Source: Candidatus Nealsonbacteria bacterium (GTDB lineage Bacteria > Patescibacteriota > Minisyncoccia > Minisyncoccales > JAGGXC01). Taken from it: DNA of 64,000 bases. The DNA is taken from positions 35,006-99,005 of the forward strand of contig JAPLXH010000007.1 in assembly GCA_026396195.1 (NCBI GenBank). The letters are read 5' to 3'. The translations under genes and the position numbers were made by a program. This document shows positions 63,522 to 64,000 of the stretch, one piece after another. Each line of letters begins with the position of its first letter. The first letter of the stretch is position 1. The notes beneath the pieces are model-generated. The model was not told where the DNA came from, made no database searches, and was given only the letters and a program-made list of their open reading frames with translations.

Positions 63522-64000
63522 ATGGATATTAAAATTTTTGCTTCCGCCATTGCTCAAATTGCCGAAGAAAAAGGCATTGCTGAAGAAAAAGTATTTGAGA
63601 TTATCGAGCAGGCAATAGCTGCGGCTTATAAAAAAGATTACGGACAGAAGGGACAAAAAATTGAAGCCAAGCTTAATCAAAAAACCGGCGAGGTTAAATT
63701 TTGGCAGGTTAAATTGGTTGTTGACCAAGGAATGCTTCTTACTGACGAAGAGCTGGAAAAAATGAAGGCCGAAAATAAAGAAGAATTTGAAGAAAAAGAA
63801 GGAGAGCCGAAAGAAAAGAAAGTAAAATTTAATCCGGAACGTCATATTATGATAGAGGAAGCCGAGAAAACGGATTCTAAAATTAAAGTTGGCGAAGAAT
63901 TAAAAATTCTTTTAAAAACCCAGGAAGATTACGGCAGAATTGCCGCCCAGACTGCCAAACAAGTGATTTTACAAAGAATAAAAGAGGCGGAAAGAGACAC
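63522..64000 (+). CDS. nusA: Transcription termination/antitermination factor NusA (N-terminal part; continues beyond the window)
   Basis: N-terminal domain ...AIAAAYKKDYGQ...EAKLNQKTGEVKFWQ; preceded by TTGACC-N17-TAAACT and a leader hairpin. Confidence 0.8.
   Translation, partial: MDIKIFASAIAQIAEEKGIAEEKVFEIIEQAIAAAYKKDYGQKGQKIEAKLNQKTGEVKFWQVKLVVDQGMLLTDEELEKMKAENKEEFEEKEGEPKEKKVKFNPERHIMIEEAEKTDSKIKVGEELKILLKTQEDYGRIAAQTAKQVILQRIKEAERD

Noticed and set aside
63474-63845. 123-aa minus-strand ORF
   Set aside because: Antisense to the well-supported nusA N-terminus.

Overview
This is an AT-rich (~35% GC), densely packed bacterial chromosome segment with features typical of a reduced Patescibacteria/CPR-like genome. 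It uses the standard genetic code and the genes are short. The window crosses the chromosomal origin: dnaA-dnaN sit next to rpmH-rnpA-yidD-yidC-jag, and the dnaA-dnaN spacer carries DnaA-box-like sites.

Recognisable housekeeping genes include greA, rtcA, metK, murE, uvrB, rpsT, holA, mutM, tsaE, pilB, yebC, ruvC, tyrS, a PBP1A, comM, pnp, rpsO, cca and nusA. There are seven tRNA genes.

The items I think most deserve a second look are:
- (1) A tRNA-Arg(UCU) gene whose anticodon loop is interrupted by a 107-nt insert, and that insert itself encodes a complete tRNA-Arg(CCG).
- (2) A divergent Elp3 / Trm9-like methyltransferase pair, which implies a eukaryote/archaea-type (m)cm5U34 tRNA-modification pathway; the nested tRNA-Arg(UCU) gene next to the pair would be its likely substrate.
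- (3) A ~13-kb type-IV-secretion-like cluster inserted between jag and comM next to the origin. It contains an apparently split VirB4-like ATPase, a PrgI-like protein, a VirB6/TrbL-like polytopic protein, an SPFH-domain membrane protein, TrbC/VirB2-like pilin-domain proteins (one fused to an 800-aa Cys-rich surface protein) and a LysM-M23 hydrolase. A further pilin-domain paralog lies outside the cluster between two tRNA genes.
- (4) An HTH-like ORF whose coding sequence is flanked by two arrays of seven palindromic TTGAAG-N2-3-CTTCAA units.
- (5) A 24-nt motif shared by two intergenic regions.
- (6) A 120-nt structured element with a perfect 17-bp inverted repeat downstream of pilB.
- (7) A bacterial presenilin/SPP-like intramembrane protease.
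- (8) The CCA-adding enzyme is broken at an A5 homopolymer, although no tRNA gene in the window encodes its CCA end.

All functional calls are made by eye from motifs. No database searches were run.
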